Below, piece after piece: positions 35,955 to 46,586 of a stretch of 64,000 bases of DNA; within the stretch, counting starts at the first letter, position 1, and each line of letters opens with the position of its first letter. Both the position numbers and the translations under genes were made by a program. Source of the DNA: Gemmatimonadota bacterium (GTDB taxonomy: Bacteria; Gemmatimonadota; Gemmatimonadetes; Gemmatimonadales; GWC2-71-9); contig JAZDCY010000014.1 of NCBI GenBank assembly GCA_036679645.1, positions 224,001-288,000 of the forward strand, given 5' to 3'. The notes beneath the pieces were generated by a model, which was not told where the DNA came from, did not search any database, and worked only from the letters and a program-made list of their open reading frames with translations.

Positions 35955-38441
35955 ATGCGACGAATTCGTATTCTATTCACGACCCTTCTAACCGTGCTGG
36001 TGGTCGGCGCGTGCGCGCGCGCCCAGAGCCAGAGTCCGACACCGCGGGGTGGCCGCTCCCAGGCCGGCCGTGGCGGACGAGACGAGCAACAGGGGCCAAA
36101 ACCGTATGGTGAGGTCATCACCGAAGAGGCACAAACCGATTCGGGCCTGTTCCACGTGCACAAGGTCGAGGGCGACCTGTTCTATGAGATTCCTGTAGAT
36201 ATGCTCGACCGGGAGATGTTGCTGGTCACCCGGATCGCACGCACACAGTCGGGGATCGGATACGGGGGCGAGCAGGCGAACGAGCAGGTGGTCCGGTGGC
36301 AGCGCCAGGACGACAAGATCCTGCTTCGGATCGTGTCCTACACCAACGTTGCCGATACCAGTCTCCCAATCCACGACGCGGTCGTCAACGCCAATTTCGA
36401 GCCGATCATTCGCGCGTTCGACATCGCCGCGTTCAACGATGACAGCAGCAACATCGTCATCGAGGTCACGGACCTCTTCACTAAGGACGTTCCGGCGTTG
36501 GGGCTGCAACGTCGCAGACGGACTCAGTACAAGGTCCGCCGGCTGGACGAGAGCCGCTCGTACATCTCTCGATTCGCCAGCTACCCGCGCAACGTAGAGA
36601 TCCGTCACGTGTTGACCTACGACGCGACAGAGCCGCCGGCTAACGCGTCAACCGGCGCCATCTCGCTCGAGATGGCGCAGTCAATGCTCGTCCTGCCAGA
36701 AGTCCCCATGCGCCGACGCTGGCTCGATGAGCGGGTCGGGTTCTTTGGCATTCGACAGGTCGATTATGGTCTCGATGCACAGCGCGCAGAAACCAGGCGC
36801 TACATCGCCCGGTGGCGGTTGGAGCCAAGTGACACGGCGGCGTTCCGCCGCGGCGAGCTGGTCGAGCCCGTAAAGCCCATAGTGTATTACATCGATCCGG
36901 CAACGCCCGTGCAATGGCGCCAGTACATCAAGCAGGGCGTCGAGGATTGGAATGTGGCCTTCGAAGAGGCAGGGTTCCGCAACGCCATCCGCGCCATGGA
37001 CCCGCCTTCAGAGGAGGAAGATCCCGAGTTCAACCCCGAGGACGCGCGGTACTCGGTGATCCGCTACTTCCCGTCCGACGTGCAGAACGCGTACGGACCG
37101 CACGTGAGCGATCCGCGTACCGGCGAGATCCTCGAGAGTGACATCGGCTGGTTCCACAACGTGATGAATCTGCTGCGGAACTGGTTCTTCGTGCAGACGG
37201 CGGCGGCCAATCCCGCAGCACGGCGGATGCGTTTCGACGACGCGCTGATGGGCCAGCTGGTCCGGTTCGTCGCGGCCCACGAGGTGGGTCACACTCTTGG
37301 GCTGCCACACAACATGAAAGCGAGCGCCGCTTACCCGGTCGATTCCCTGCGCTCCGCCAGCTTCACGTGCAGCATGGGGACGGCACCGTCGATCATGGAC
37401 TACGCACGGTTCAACTATGTGGCGCAACCGGAGGATGAAGGCGTCTGTTTCATGCCGGGCATTGGCATCTATGACAAGTACGCCATCCGCTGGGGGTACC
37501 GACCGATCCTCGACGCCCCCACACCCGAGGCCGAGCGGACGACGCTGGACGCCTGGGTACGGGAGCACGAAGGCGATCCACTGTACATGTTCGGTAACCC
37601 CAGCTCCATCGATCCCACATCACAGACCGAAGCGCTCGGCCAGGACGGCGTGCGCGCGAGCGAGCTGGGTATAGCCAACCTGCGGCGAATCGTACCGAAT
37701 CTGATAGAATGGAGCCATCAGGATCTCAGCAACTACGACGACCTGGAGGAGTTGTACGGCCAGGTCATAGGCCAATGGAACCGGTACATGGGCCACGTCA
37801 CGACGGTGATCGGCGGTGTCACCGAGACGCGAAAAACCTCGGATCAAGATGGCCCCATCTATCAGATCGTGCCGGAAGCGAACCAGCGTGCCGCCATGCG
37901 GTTCCTGAGCGAGCAGGCGTTCGCGACCCCGATGTGGATGCTCGACCGTGACATTCTTTCGCGTGTCGAGCACGCCGGTGCGGTAGAGCGTATCCGGCAA
38001 CGGCAGGTGCAGGCCGTTAACCGCCTACTATCGTTTGATCGGCTGGCCCGGCTCATCGAGTCGGAGGCGGCGCTGGGGAACGAGGCCTACACGCTATCCG
38101 AGATGTTGGGCGACGTGCGGAACGCAATCTGGTCGGAACTCGCGCAAGGCAGCACAATCGACGTCTACCGACGCAACCTCCAGCGCGGTTACCTCGAGCG
38201 CATGAACTACCTGATGACCCAAGAGCAGCCGCCGGTTCCCACGCGGTTCCGCGCATTCATCACGCGCACGAACGTCGACGTGAGTCAGAGCGACATCCGG
38301 CCGTTCGCGCGTGGGGAGCTGGAAACGTTGAAAAGGGAGATCAACGCTGCCCTGCGGCGGACACGAAACCGCGCCACGGTTCTGCACCTGCGTGACGCAC
38401 TCGTGCGGATCGACGATATTCTGGACACGGACGACGACTAG
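35955..38441 (+). CDS. Zn-dependent metalloprotease (EcxA-like; DUF5117/DUF4953)
   Basis: KPIVYYIDP; WN.AFE.AGF; DPRTGEI; HEVGHTLGLPHN; SIMDY; YDKYAI.WGY. Confidence 0.9.
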   Translation: MRRIRILFTTLLTVLVVGACARAQSQSPTPRGGRSQAGRGGRDEQQGPKPYGEVITEEAQTDSGLFHVHKVEGDLFYEIPVDMLDREMLLVTRIARTQSGIGYGGEQANEQVVRWQRQDDKILLRIVSYTNVADTSLPIHDAVVNANFEPIIRAFDIAAFNDDSSNIVIEVTDLFTKDVPALGLQRRRRTQYKVRRLDESRSYISRFASYPRNVEIRHVLTYDATEPPANASTGAISLEMAQSMLVLPEVPMRRRWLDERVGFFGIRQVDYGLDAQRAETRRYIARWRLEPSDTAAFRRGELVEPVKPIVYYIDPATPVQWRQYIKQGVEDWNVAFEEAGFRNAIRAMDPPSEEEDPEFNPEDARYSVIRYFPSDVQNAYGPHVSDPRTGEILESDIGWFHNVMNLLRNWFFVQTAAANPAARRMRFDDALMGQLVRFVAAHEVGHTLGLPHNMKASAAYPVDSLRSASFTCSMGTAPSIMDYARFNYVAQPEDEGVCFMPGIGIYDKYAIRWGYRPILDAPTPEAERTTLDAWVREHEGDPLYMFGNPSSIDPTSQTEALGQDGVRASELGIANLRRIVPNLIEWSHQDLSNYDDLEELYGQVIGQWNRYMGHVTTVIGGVTETRKTSDQDGPIYQIVPEANQRAAMRFLSEQAFATPMWMLDRDILSRVEHAGAVERIRQRQVQAVNRLLSFDRLARLIESEAALGNEAYTLSEMLGDVRNAIWSELAQGSTIDVYRRNLQRGYLERMNYLMTQEQPPVPTRFRAFITRTNVDVSQSDIRPFARGELETLKREINAALRRTRNRATVLHLRDALVRIDDILDTDDD

Positions 38442-38447
38442 GCGGGT

Positions 38448-38515
38448 GGGGGGCGCACGCCTTGCGCCCCCCACACCTTATTTGTAGGGGCGCACGCCGT
38501 GCGCCCCTACAAATA
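38448..38515. repeat. Two GTAG-type REP-like hairpins between convergent genes
   Basis: GGGGGGCGCA-CGCCT-TGCGCCCCCC and the perfect TATTTGTAGGGGCGCAC-GCC-GTGCGCCCCTACAAATA. Confidence 0.8.
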
Positions 38516-39958
38516 CGGTGCCGCCAACCGCACGATTCCATCCCGCAGTTTGACCGGTAAGGACCGCCCGTCCAGTTCTTCCCCGGTCACGATTCGACCT
38601 GCGTCCCGTTTGGCAGCAAACACCCGTTCCATCTCCGCGGCGAATTTGGCATCGTAACACTCGACGTTGAACTCGAAGTTCAGCCTCAGTGAGCGCGGAT
38701 CCCAGTTCCCCGAGCCGAAGAGAGTCCACGCCCCGTCGATCACGAGCAATTTCGTGTGATCGAACGGCGGCGGGGAGTAGTAGATCTCACAGCCCTGCTT
38801 GACGAGTTGCCACAGCATGGCACGAGAGGCCCAATGCACGGCGAGCAGGTTGTTTCGCCCGGGCAGCACGACCTGAACGGTAACCCCACGCAAAGCCGCG
38901 ACATTCAACGCCGTGATCAGCGTCGCGTCGGGTAGGAAGTACGGTGTGACGATGTGGATAGTGTGTCGCGCCGCCGCGATGGCCCCATGGATGGTCCAGC
39001 GGAGCTTCTCGAAGTCCTCGTCGGGCCCGTCCGTGATGCCGCGGGCGAGGACCTGGCCGGCTTCGTCGATCCTCTGGTACCACTCGGGTCCGAGATGCTC
39101 ACCCGTGGTGAAGGTCCAGTCCTCGCCAAACGTCTCCGCGAGATGGCGGACCACCGGTCCACGGATCTGAAAGTGCATGTCCTGTACCGGCCGTTTCGGG
39201 TGCAGCGCGTGCACATTTCCGCGGCGAATGTTCATCCCACCGGTGAACCCGACGGTGCCGTCCACTATCAGCAGCTTCCGGTGATTTCGCAGATTCCAGA
39301 ACGGCGCACGCCACGGTACGTAGGTAGGCATGAACCGCACGACCACCAGCCCCATGCGGCGCAGCTTGCGCACGATGGGCGGCCAGGAATAGCGCGATCC
39401 GAGCCCGTCGATCAGCACGCGTACATCCACCCCGCGCCGCCGGGCCGCGGCCAGCGCGTCGGCAAACTCCGATCCGGACGAGTCGTTGTCGAAGATATAC
39501 GTGGACAGCGCGACGGTGCGCGTTGCGCCGGCGATGGCGTTCAACATGCACGGGAATGCAGCATCCCCGTTGACGAGCGGCTCGATGGCGTTGCTCGCCG
39601 TCAACGGCCGGCGCGTCACCTGATCCACCAACGCACCGAGCCCCGACAGGTAGCCGAACTCCGCTGGAAGATGCTCGGAGAGCATCTCGCGGGCCGGGCG
39701 CATGGCCAACTGCGAGCCCGACAACCGAGGCCCTTCCGCACGGAGTTCGGCCGCGTGACGGCGAATCCGGTTGATACCGAACACGACATACAGCACCGAC
39801 CCGGCGATCGGGACCATCAGGATCAACCCGACCCACCCCACCGCCGCACGCGAGTCGCGCTTATAAAGAATAGCATGCCCGGTTGCGATGGCAGCCAGCA
39901 GCACCACCAGCGCACCAACAACGCGGAACTCACCAAGCATCTCGAAAACAGCACTCAC
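38507..39958 (-). CDS. cls: Cardiolipin synthase (PLD family)
   Basis: N-terminal PLDc_N TM helices; two HKD motifs (HRKLLIVD, HTKLLVID); GSGNWDPRSL.LNFE. Confidence 0.9.
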   Translation of the reverse strand: MSAVFEMLGEFRVVGALVVLLAAIATGHAILYKRDSRAAVGWVGLILMVPIAGSVLYVVFGINRIRRHAAELRAEGPRLSGSQLAMRPAREMLSEHLPAEFGYLSGLGALVDQVTRRPLTASNAIEPLVNGDAAFPCMLNAIAGATRTVALSTYIFDNDSSGSEFADALAAARRRGVDVRVLIDGLGSRYSWPPIVRKLRRMGLVVVRFMPTYVPWRAPFWNLRNHRKLLIVDGTVGFTGGMNIRRGNVHALHPKRPVQDMHFQIRGPVVRHLAETFGEDWTFTTGEHLGPEWYQRIDEAGQVLARGITDGPDEDFEKLRWTIHGAIAAARHTIHIVTPYFLPDATLITALNVAALRGVTVQVVLPGRNNLLAVHWASRAMLWQLVKQGCEIYYSPPPFDHTKLLVIDGAWTLFGSGNWDPRSLRLNFEFNVECYDAKFAAEMERVFAAKRDAGRIVTGEELDGRSLPVKLRDGIVRLAAPYL

Positions 39959-39985
39959 GATCGCAACTTACCGACCCCGGGCCTA

Positions 39986-40014
39986 TTGACAAATTCTCCG
40001 TGATACAACACCTT
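39986..40014 (+). promoter_or_regulatory. Putative sigma70 promoter of the csp gene
   Basis: TTGACA-17 nt-CACCTT, about 150 nt upstream of the ATG, consistent with the long 5'UTRs of csp genes. Confidence 0.5.
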
Positions 40015-40167
40015 ACGCCGCGTCGAAAATGCGAAACACGATTTGTTAGCAGGCCGAGTACCGTAACCGGACACGCTTCCGGCCGGTGCTTTTTTTGTGT
40101 GACTTATCCGGCTACGGTGGCCGGTGCTGAACGGGCGGTACGCCCACATTGATGAGGAGTAGATAGC

Positions 40168-40374
40168 ATGACGCAGGGCACAGTGAAGTGGTTCAACGAC
40201 GCGAAGGGCTTCGGTTTCATCACTCCCGACGAGGGCAACGAAGACTGCTTCGTGCATCATTCGTCGATCACCATGGAAGGATTCCGCACGCTGGCCGAAG
40301 GTGAGCGCGTCGAATTCGAGATCAAGCAGGGACCGAAGGGACTGCAAGCCGCGAACGTTACCAAGGCAAGCTGA
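40168..40374 (+). CDS. csp: Cold-shock protein
   Basis: [30 protein letters not shown]. Confidence 0.97.
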   Translation: MTQGTVKWFNDAKGFGFITPDEGNEDCFVHHSSITMEGFRTLAEGERVEFEIKQGPKGLQAANVTKAS

Positions 40375-40398
40375 CCACTTCGCTCATAGTGTAGCGAC

Positions 40399-40432
40399 AG
40401 AACGCCGGCTCGCGGGCCGGCGTTCTTTTTTT
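40399..40432 (+). terminator. Intrinsic terminator
   Basis: AGAACGCCGGCT-CGCG-GGCCGGCGTTCT followed by a T run. Confidence 0.85.
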
Positions 40433-40459
40433 GTGCCCACCAGAAGCGGGGAGCTGGGG

Positions 40460-40511
40460 TTGACACCTCAGCTACATGCTAATAATTTAGCAGTAAGCTA
40501 AATTTCTAGCA
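40460..40511 (+). promoter_or_regulatory. Promoter with two BlaI-type operator palindromes
   Basis: TTGACA-17-TAATTT; TGCTAATAATTTAGCA (40477-40492) covers the -10; a second copy AGCTAAATTTCTAGCA lies at 40496-40511. Confidence 0.75.
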
Positions 40512-40569
40512 CCTTGGGGCCCGTGACACGTTTCGCGGGCCCCACGCGTCTCACAAAGAGGGCACAATA

Positions 40570-40959
40570 ATGACCGGGACGGGCGGAGCAGGATTGAGCC
40601 GGCGTGAGCGTCAGATCATGGACGTGATATACCGGCTGGGTAGCGCCACCGCGCAAGACGTGCGGGATAACCTGCCCGACCCGCCGAGCTACTCTGCCGT
40701 GCGGGCGCTGCTGCGCGTGCTCGAGGAGAAGGGCCATGCGGTGCACCGCGCCGACGGACCGCGCTACGTCTTCCTCCCCACCGTGCCGCGCGAACAGGCG
40801 CGCGAGACAGCACTACGTCAGATCGTGCGGACGTTTTTTGACGGGTCGTCGCCCGAAGCCGTCGCGGCGCTGCTCGACCTTTCGTCCGACGATCTCTCGG
40901 ATGACGAACTGGACCGGTTGCAGACCCTGATCGACCGAGCCAGAAAGGAAGGACGCTGA
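40570..40959 (+). CDS. BlaI/MecI/CopY family repressor
   Basis: LSRRERQIMD; PPSYSAVR..L..LE.KG; FFDGS; LSDDEL. Confidence 0.92.
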   Translation: MTGTGGAGLSRRERQIMDVIYRLGSATAQDVRDNLPDPPSYSAVRALLRVLEEKGHAVHRADGPRYVFLPTVPREQARETALRQIVRTFFDGSSPEAVAALLDLSSDDLSDDELDRLQTLIDRARKEGR

Positions 40960-43802
40960 TGTCAGACCTGCTAACTGGACTCGGTCTCGCGGGCAGCATG
41001 ATGCTGCCGGCTCTCCTCGGACTGGCGCTCAAAGCCACCGTTGTTCTGAGCCTGACGGCCGCGGTGGTGTACGCACTGCGTCGCCGTTCCGCCTCCGTGC
41101 GCCACCTGGTGTGGAGTGTCGGGACGGTCGCCGTGTTGGCGCTCCCCGTGCTCACGTACGCCGCGCCCGCGTGGGACACGCCGGGCACCGCCGCCTTGCG
41201 CCCGCTGGCCCCCGGCGGATTCGATATCTCGGCAACCGAAGCCCCCGCTTCACCTCCCACACCGGAACCCACCGTGACGGCCGCGTGGAGCGGCGTCGCG
41301 GCGGCACCGGCCCCAACCGTCGTCCCCGACGCCGCGCCTGCGGTCGCGTGGGGTGAGCGCGAGGCAGCACCGCTCGGGGAATCAGAAAGTGCGACGTTCC
41401 GGATAGACGTTCCTCCCACCGTGTGGCTGCTCGTCGTGTGGGCAATGGGAACGATCCTCGCGCTCTCGATCGTCGCGGACGGACTGGTGCGAAGCGCGCG
41501 GCTCGCCCGAGCCGCCCGTCCCATCCGGGACGCACAGCGGCGGGACCTGTTCCTGGATCTCTGCGCTGAAGTCGGCTATGAGCGGCACGTCCGCTTGCTC
41601 GAGGTCGATGGCGCGAGCATGCCGATGACGTGGGGTGCGCTCAGCCCCGTGATCCTGTTGCCCGCGGAATCGTCGTGCTGGTCGAACGCGCGTCTCCACG
41701 CTGTGTTATCACACGAGTTGGCACACATTCGCCGCCATGACTACATGACCCAACTGCTCGCGCAGGTGTCCTGCGCGATCCACTGGTTCAATCCACTGGC
41801 CTGGATCGCGGCGCGGCAGCTCCGCGAGGAACGGGAGCTGGCGTGTGACGACATGGTCCTGACACGCGGTGAGCGCGCGTCGGACTATGCCCGGCATCTG
41901 CTCGACGTCGCGCGGGAACTGCGCGCGAGTCCGCTGCCCGCCGCGGCGACCGTCTGCATGGTCCGTCGGTCATCGTTGCACGAACGACTGCTTGCTGTTC
42001 TGGACGCAACGCGTGTCCGAGCCGATGTCCGGCGTGAATTCGCCGTTCCCGCGGCGTTGGGCGCGTTGCTCGTTGCCCTGCCGCTCGCCGGAGCCGGAAT
42101 GGAGGACGCACGCGACGAGACGCCCGTCGTTCCAACGGCGGAAGCGTCGCTGCCTCGAAGGGCCACGAGCGAGTGGGCCGATGGTGAGGTCGCCGCCTCA
42201 TCCGTGGCGCCCGCACCGGATCGGCGCGGCGTGTTGGAGATCGTGAGCGGTCTCTTCGCCAAGGCCGCCGCGCCGCCGGCACCTGCCACACAGGGATGTG
42301 ATTGGTATACGCGTGGCCGGAACACCTCTTCTTCGCACGTTGCCGACGACAACCGCCACGAGATCCGCATCCGGCACGGCGACTGCCGTATGGAGATCGA
42401 GTACAAGGGTGACATCGAGTTCGCGGCGGACGATACCGACATCGTCCGCATCTCCCGCGGAGGATCGTTCGAGATCGAGCTTCGCGAGGGCCGTAACACG
42501 CGTCTTCTCCAAATCGAGCCCAGGGACGGCGGTCTGCAGCGCACCTGGACGGTGAACGGAGAGGAACGGGCATACGATGCGAATGCCAGCGCGTGGTTTG
42601 CGCGCATGCTCGTCGTGGTGTTCCGTCGGACGGGCGTCAACGCCGAGCAGCGCGCTACTCGCATTCTCGCAGAATCCGGTGTGGACGGGCTGTTGCAGGA
42701 GATCTCGTTCATCACGAGCGATTGGGCCGCGGTACGCTATTACACCGTGTTGCTGAGTCAACCCAATCTCGATGTCGAGACCATTCGGCGGGTCGTGCGG
42801 GAGGCGGGCCAACGGGTGGAGTCTGATTTTGAGTTGGCACGTCTGCTCATCGCCATCGCTGAGAACCAGCCGGTCGACGAGGCGGTGCAGGTCGCGTACG
42901 TCGCGGCTGCCGGCAGCATCGACTCCGACTACGAGCACCGCAGGGTTCTCTCCGCGATCCTCCGGCGCCAGGACTTAAGCGAGCCGGTGGCCAACGCGAT
43001 GTTGCAATCGGCACAGGACATCGATTCAGATTTCGAGCGTGCGCGTCTGCTGCTCGAAGTGCTCGAAGCGCACCCGCTCAACGAGGCGCTCACGCCTGCG
43101 TTCTTCGACGCGGTCCGCACCATCGGCTCCGATTTTGAGCAGCGACGCGTGCTCAGTACGGTGCTCGACCGCGGCGCCCCGAACGTCGCGGTGCTCGATC
43201 AGACGCTCACCGTTGCGAGGAACATCCAGTCGGATCACGAGCTGGCGCGGCTGCTCGTGCAGGTCGCCGATCAGTACCCTGTCGACGTCTCGCTCCCCGC
43301 ATCGTATCTCGACGCCGCGCGCTCGCTCGGCTCGGACCATGAGCGGAGCCGTGTGCTTCGGACGCTCCTCGGTCGGGAGACGTTGTCGCCTAGGGTTACC
43401 GCGTCGGTCCTCGCGGCAGCCGGTTCGATGACCTCGAACTTCGAGCTGTCGCGCATTCTCAAGGGTGTCGCAATGGGTGATCCGCTCACGGCACCGACGC
43501 GCGACGCGTTCTTCCGCGCGCTCGATGGCATGGAGTCCGATCATGAACTATCGACGGTGTTACAGACCGTGATCGAGCACCAGCCGTTGGATGACGATCT
43601 CGTGGGACGGGTGTTGCAGTCCGCGCTCCAGATCGGGAGCGATCACTCGCTCGCCCAATTGTTGATCAAGATCGCGAACGATTATACCCTGGGTGACGCC
43701 GTGCGGCCGGCGTTCATGCTAGCGGTCGATCGGATCGAATCGGAGCACACGCGGGGCCAGGTACTCGCGGCGCTCTACCCGCGCGGCCGGCCCGCCGAGT
43801 AG
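40959..43802 (+). CDS. BlaR1-like M56 metallopeptidase with C-terminal helical repeats
   Basis: SASVRH..W; HELAHIRRHD; WFNPLAW; RELACDD; about 11 repeats of IxSDxExxRxL. Confidence 0.9.
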   Translation: MSDLLTGLGLAGSMMLPALLGLALKATVVLSLTAAVVYALRRRSASVRHLVWSVGTVAVLALPVLTYAAPAWDTPGTAALRPLAPGGFDISATEAPASPPTPEPTVTAAWSGVAAAPAPTVVPDAAPAVAWGEREAAPLGESESATFRIDVPPTVWLLVVWAMGTILALSIVADGLVRSARLARAARPIRDAQRRDLFLDLCAEVGYERHVRLLEVDGASMPMTWGALSPVILLPAESSCWSNARLHAVLSHELAHIRRHDYMTQLLAQVSCAIHWFNPLAWIAARQLREERELACDDMVLTRGERASDYARHLLDVARELRASPLPAAATVCMVRRSSLHERLLAVLDATRVRADVRREFAVPAALGALLVALPLAGAGMEDARDETPVVPTAEASLPRRATSEWADGEVAASSVAPAPDRRGVLEIVSGLFAKAAAPPAPATQGCDWYTRGRNTSSSHVADDNRHEIRIRHGDCRMEIEYKGDIEFAADDTDIVRISRGGSFEIELREGRNTRLLQIEPRDGGLQRTWTVNGEERAYDANASAWFARMLVVVFRRTGVNAEQRATRILAESGVDGLLQEISFITSDWAAVRYYTVLLSQPNLDVETIRRVVREAGQRVESDFELARLLIAIAENQPVDEAVQVAYVAAAGSIDSDYEHRRVLSAILRRQDLSEPVANAMLQSAQDIDSDFERARLLLEVLEAHPLNEALTPAFFDAVRTIGSDFEQRRVLSTVLDRGAPNVAVLDQTLTVARNIQSDHELARLLVQVADQYPVDVSLPASYLDAARSLGSDHERSRVLRTLLGRETLSPRVTASVLAAAGSMTSNFELSRILKGVAMGDPLTAPTRDAFFRALDGMESDHELSTVLQTVIEHQPLDDDLVGRVLQSALQIGSDHSLAQLLIKIANDYTLGDAVRPAFMLAVDRIESEHTRGQVLAALYPRGRPAE

Positions 43803-43808
43803 GGGTCC

Positions 43809-46438
43809 GTGCTGACCACGATACTCGCTCTGGCGGCGCTCACCACCAGCATGCCGCAGGCTGCGTCCGTACAGGATATCGCCAGCATCGACCGCACCGC
43901 AAAGATCGCAACAGCAGTTCAGATCGATGGGCCGGCGCCCGTGCTCGACGGGAGGCTCGACGACGCTGTCTGGCGCGGTGCCCGTTTCATATCCGACTTC
44001 GTGCAGAAGGAACCCGTCGAGGGCGCCGAGCCCACCGAGCGCACCGAAATAGCGTTTCTGTACGATGGAGACGCGCTGTGGGTCGGGGCTCGCATGTACA
44101 GCGACGATCCCCGCTCGATTCAGGCACTCATGAGCCGGCGCGATCGCGGTTCCCAGTCACAACACATCTGGATCTCGCTCGACACGTATCGCGACGGCCG
44201 TACGGCTTACAGCTTCGGGATCACGGCGTCGGGTGTGCGCATGGATTGGTATCACCCGTCGGATAGCGAGTTTCACATCGATGCGTCGTGGGACCCGGTC
44301 TGGGAGGGTCGCGCACACATAGATTCGCTCGGCTGGACCGCGGAGATGCGTATTCCGTTTTCGCAACTGCGCTTCAACGACTTGCCCGAACAGGTGTGGG
44401 GTCTCAACATCGATCGCTGGTTCCCCGAGCGGTTCGAGGACGTCTTCTGGATCCCGGTACCGAAGAATGAGACCGGGTGGGCGTCGCGCATGGGGACGCT
44501 GGTCGGTATCAGCGGTATTCGCCCCTCGCGTCGTGTGGAGCTGGCGCCGTACATCGCGAGCGACGCGACCATCCGTTCGGATGTTGATCCGGCCAATCCC
44601 TTCTCCGACCGCTCGAGTCAGGCAGGACGCGTCGGCGCCGATCTCAAGCTGGGACTCGGACCCAACCTCACGTTGGATGTCACGGTCAATCCTGACTTTG
44701 GACAGGTCGAGGCCGATCCCGCGGTCGTTAACCTGTCGGCATTCGAGGTGTTCTTCAGCGAGCGGCGACCGTTCTTCACCGAAGGGCGCCAGCTCCTGAG
44801 CGGCGGCGGCTCCGGGTTCTTCTACTCGCGCAGGATCGGCCAGCCCCCGCGTGCCTTGGCAGATGGTGACTTTGTCGAACGTCCTCGCACGAGCACGATC
44901 CTCGGCGCCACCAAGATCACCGGACGCACGGCGGGCGGGCTGTCGATCGGCGCCCTGGCTGCCACGACCGCCGCGAGTACGCGCGCACCTATGACGCCAC
45001 CACACAGGCGTTCGGCAGCTCCGAGGTCGCGCCGCTCACCGGATACACCGTCGCCCGCATCCAGCAGGAGTTCGGTCCATCGGCGTCGACGGCCGGGTTG
45101 ATTCTCACGGGTGTCCGGCGTGATATGGCACCCGGCGACCCGCTCGCCGGCACGTACGCCCGCACGGCCGTGACGGGAGGCTCGGACTGGAATCTCCGAT
45201 TCGATGGCGGCGCATACGAGATGGGTGGCAGCCTGGGGTTCAGCTACGTCGAGGGAGATTCAGCCAGGATCCTGAGCCTCCAACAGTCCAGCGCGCGCTA
45301 TTTCCAGCGACCGGACCAGGATTATCTCCAGATCGATTCATCGCGCACCGCACTAACCGGATACCAGGGATCACTCTACGTGAGGAAGAACAGCGGCCGT
45401 CACTGGCTGTGGAATGCGTTCTTCTCGTTCGAGTCACCGGATTTCGAGCTGAACGACCTGGGACGACTCTCCACGACCGACGACGTGGCCGGATTTGCGA
45501 CCGTCGCCTATAGGGAGACGAAACCGGGCTCTCTCTTCCAGTCATGGGAGGTCTCGCTCTCGTCGGAGAACCTGTTCAATACCAATTTAGACCGGAAGTT
45601 CGGCGCCATCCGAACGGACGCGTCCCTAACGTGGCGCAACTTCTGGCGGACCAATCTCACGGCATGGGTAGACGTACGGGGCCAGAGCACCACGCTCACC
45701 CGCGGCGGCCCCTCGATGAAGACCGCTCTGTCGCGCGTCGTCATAGGGAGCCTGTCCAACAACTTCGGCGCATCGACGAGCTGGCGCGCGCGGGTGTACT
45801 ACGGAACCAACGAATTGGACGGGCTGACGTACCGGCTGAGTGGTAGCCTGACGTTCCGGCCGGCGCCACGCTGGGAGTTCTCGATTTCCCCCAATTACCT
45901 GCGCGACATCGAACCGCGGCAGTATGTCGCTACGCTCGCTGGCGCACCGACCGCGACCTTTGGACAACGCTACGTCTTCGCGCGTATCAATCGGAGCACG
46001 TGGCTCGCCCGGTTGCGCGTGAACTTCGCCGTCACGCCGGACCTCACCGTCGAACTCTATGCCGAACCGTTTGCGGCAAGTGGACGCTACGACAGCCACG
46101 GCGAGTTAGCCGCGGCGGGAGACTTCGCGCTCCGGTCGTATGGCCGGGACGGGACGACTATCGCACAGGAAACGGACAACAGCTACACGGTCACCGACGG
46201 GCCCGACTCGTTCACGCTTCCGTTCCTCGACTTCAACATACGATCGTTCCGCAGCAACATGGTGCTGCGATGGGAATGGCGCCCGGGCAGCACGTTGTTC
46301 CTGGTGTGGCAGCAGGACCGATCGTCCTTCGAGGAGCGAGGAGACATGGTGCGGCCGTTCTCGCTGTTCGACGCGGTAACATCGGGAGGCGACAACTTCT
46401 TTGCGGTGAAGCTGACGTACTGGTTGGCCGTGAATTAG
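43809..46438 (+). pseudogene. Second DUF5916/CBM9-like protein, one frameshift (~44972)
   Basis: Both halves are paralogous to 18405-21044. Adding one base near 44972 gives the continuous ATTAREYARTYDAT...ARIQQEFG. Confidence 0.8.
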
Positions 46439-46586
46439 GTCCGAGTTGGTAGGCCAGAAGGGGATTCACCGCAGAGATCGCGGAGAACGCAGAGAGAGTC
46501 CGCCACGATCCCGTGGTCATCGATCGCGCGCGGCGGCGGATCAAGCTGCTCGACGGCCGCACCGACCACGACGGTACAGCGGTGTC

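Noticed and set aside
44960..44990. Programmed ribosomal frameshift
   Set aside because: No slippery heptamer, and the paralog is uninterrupted.
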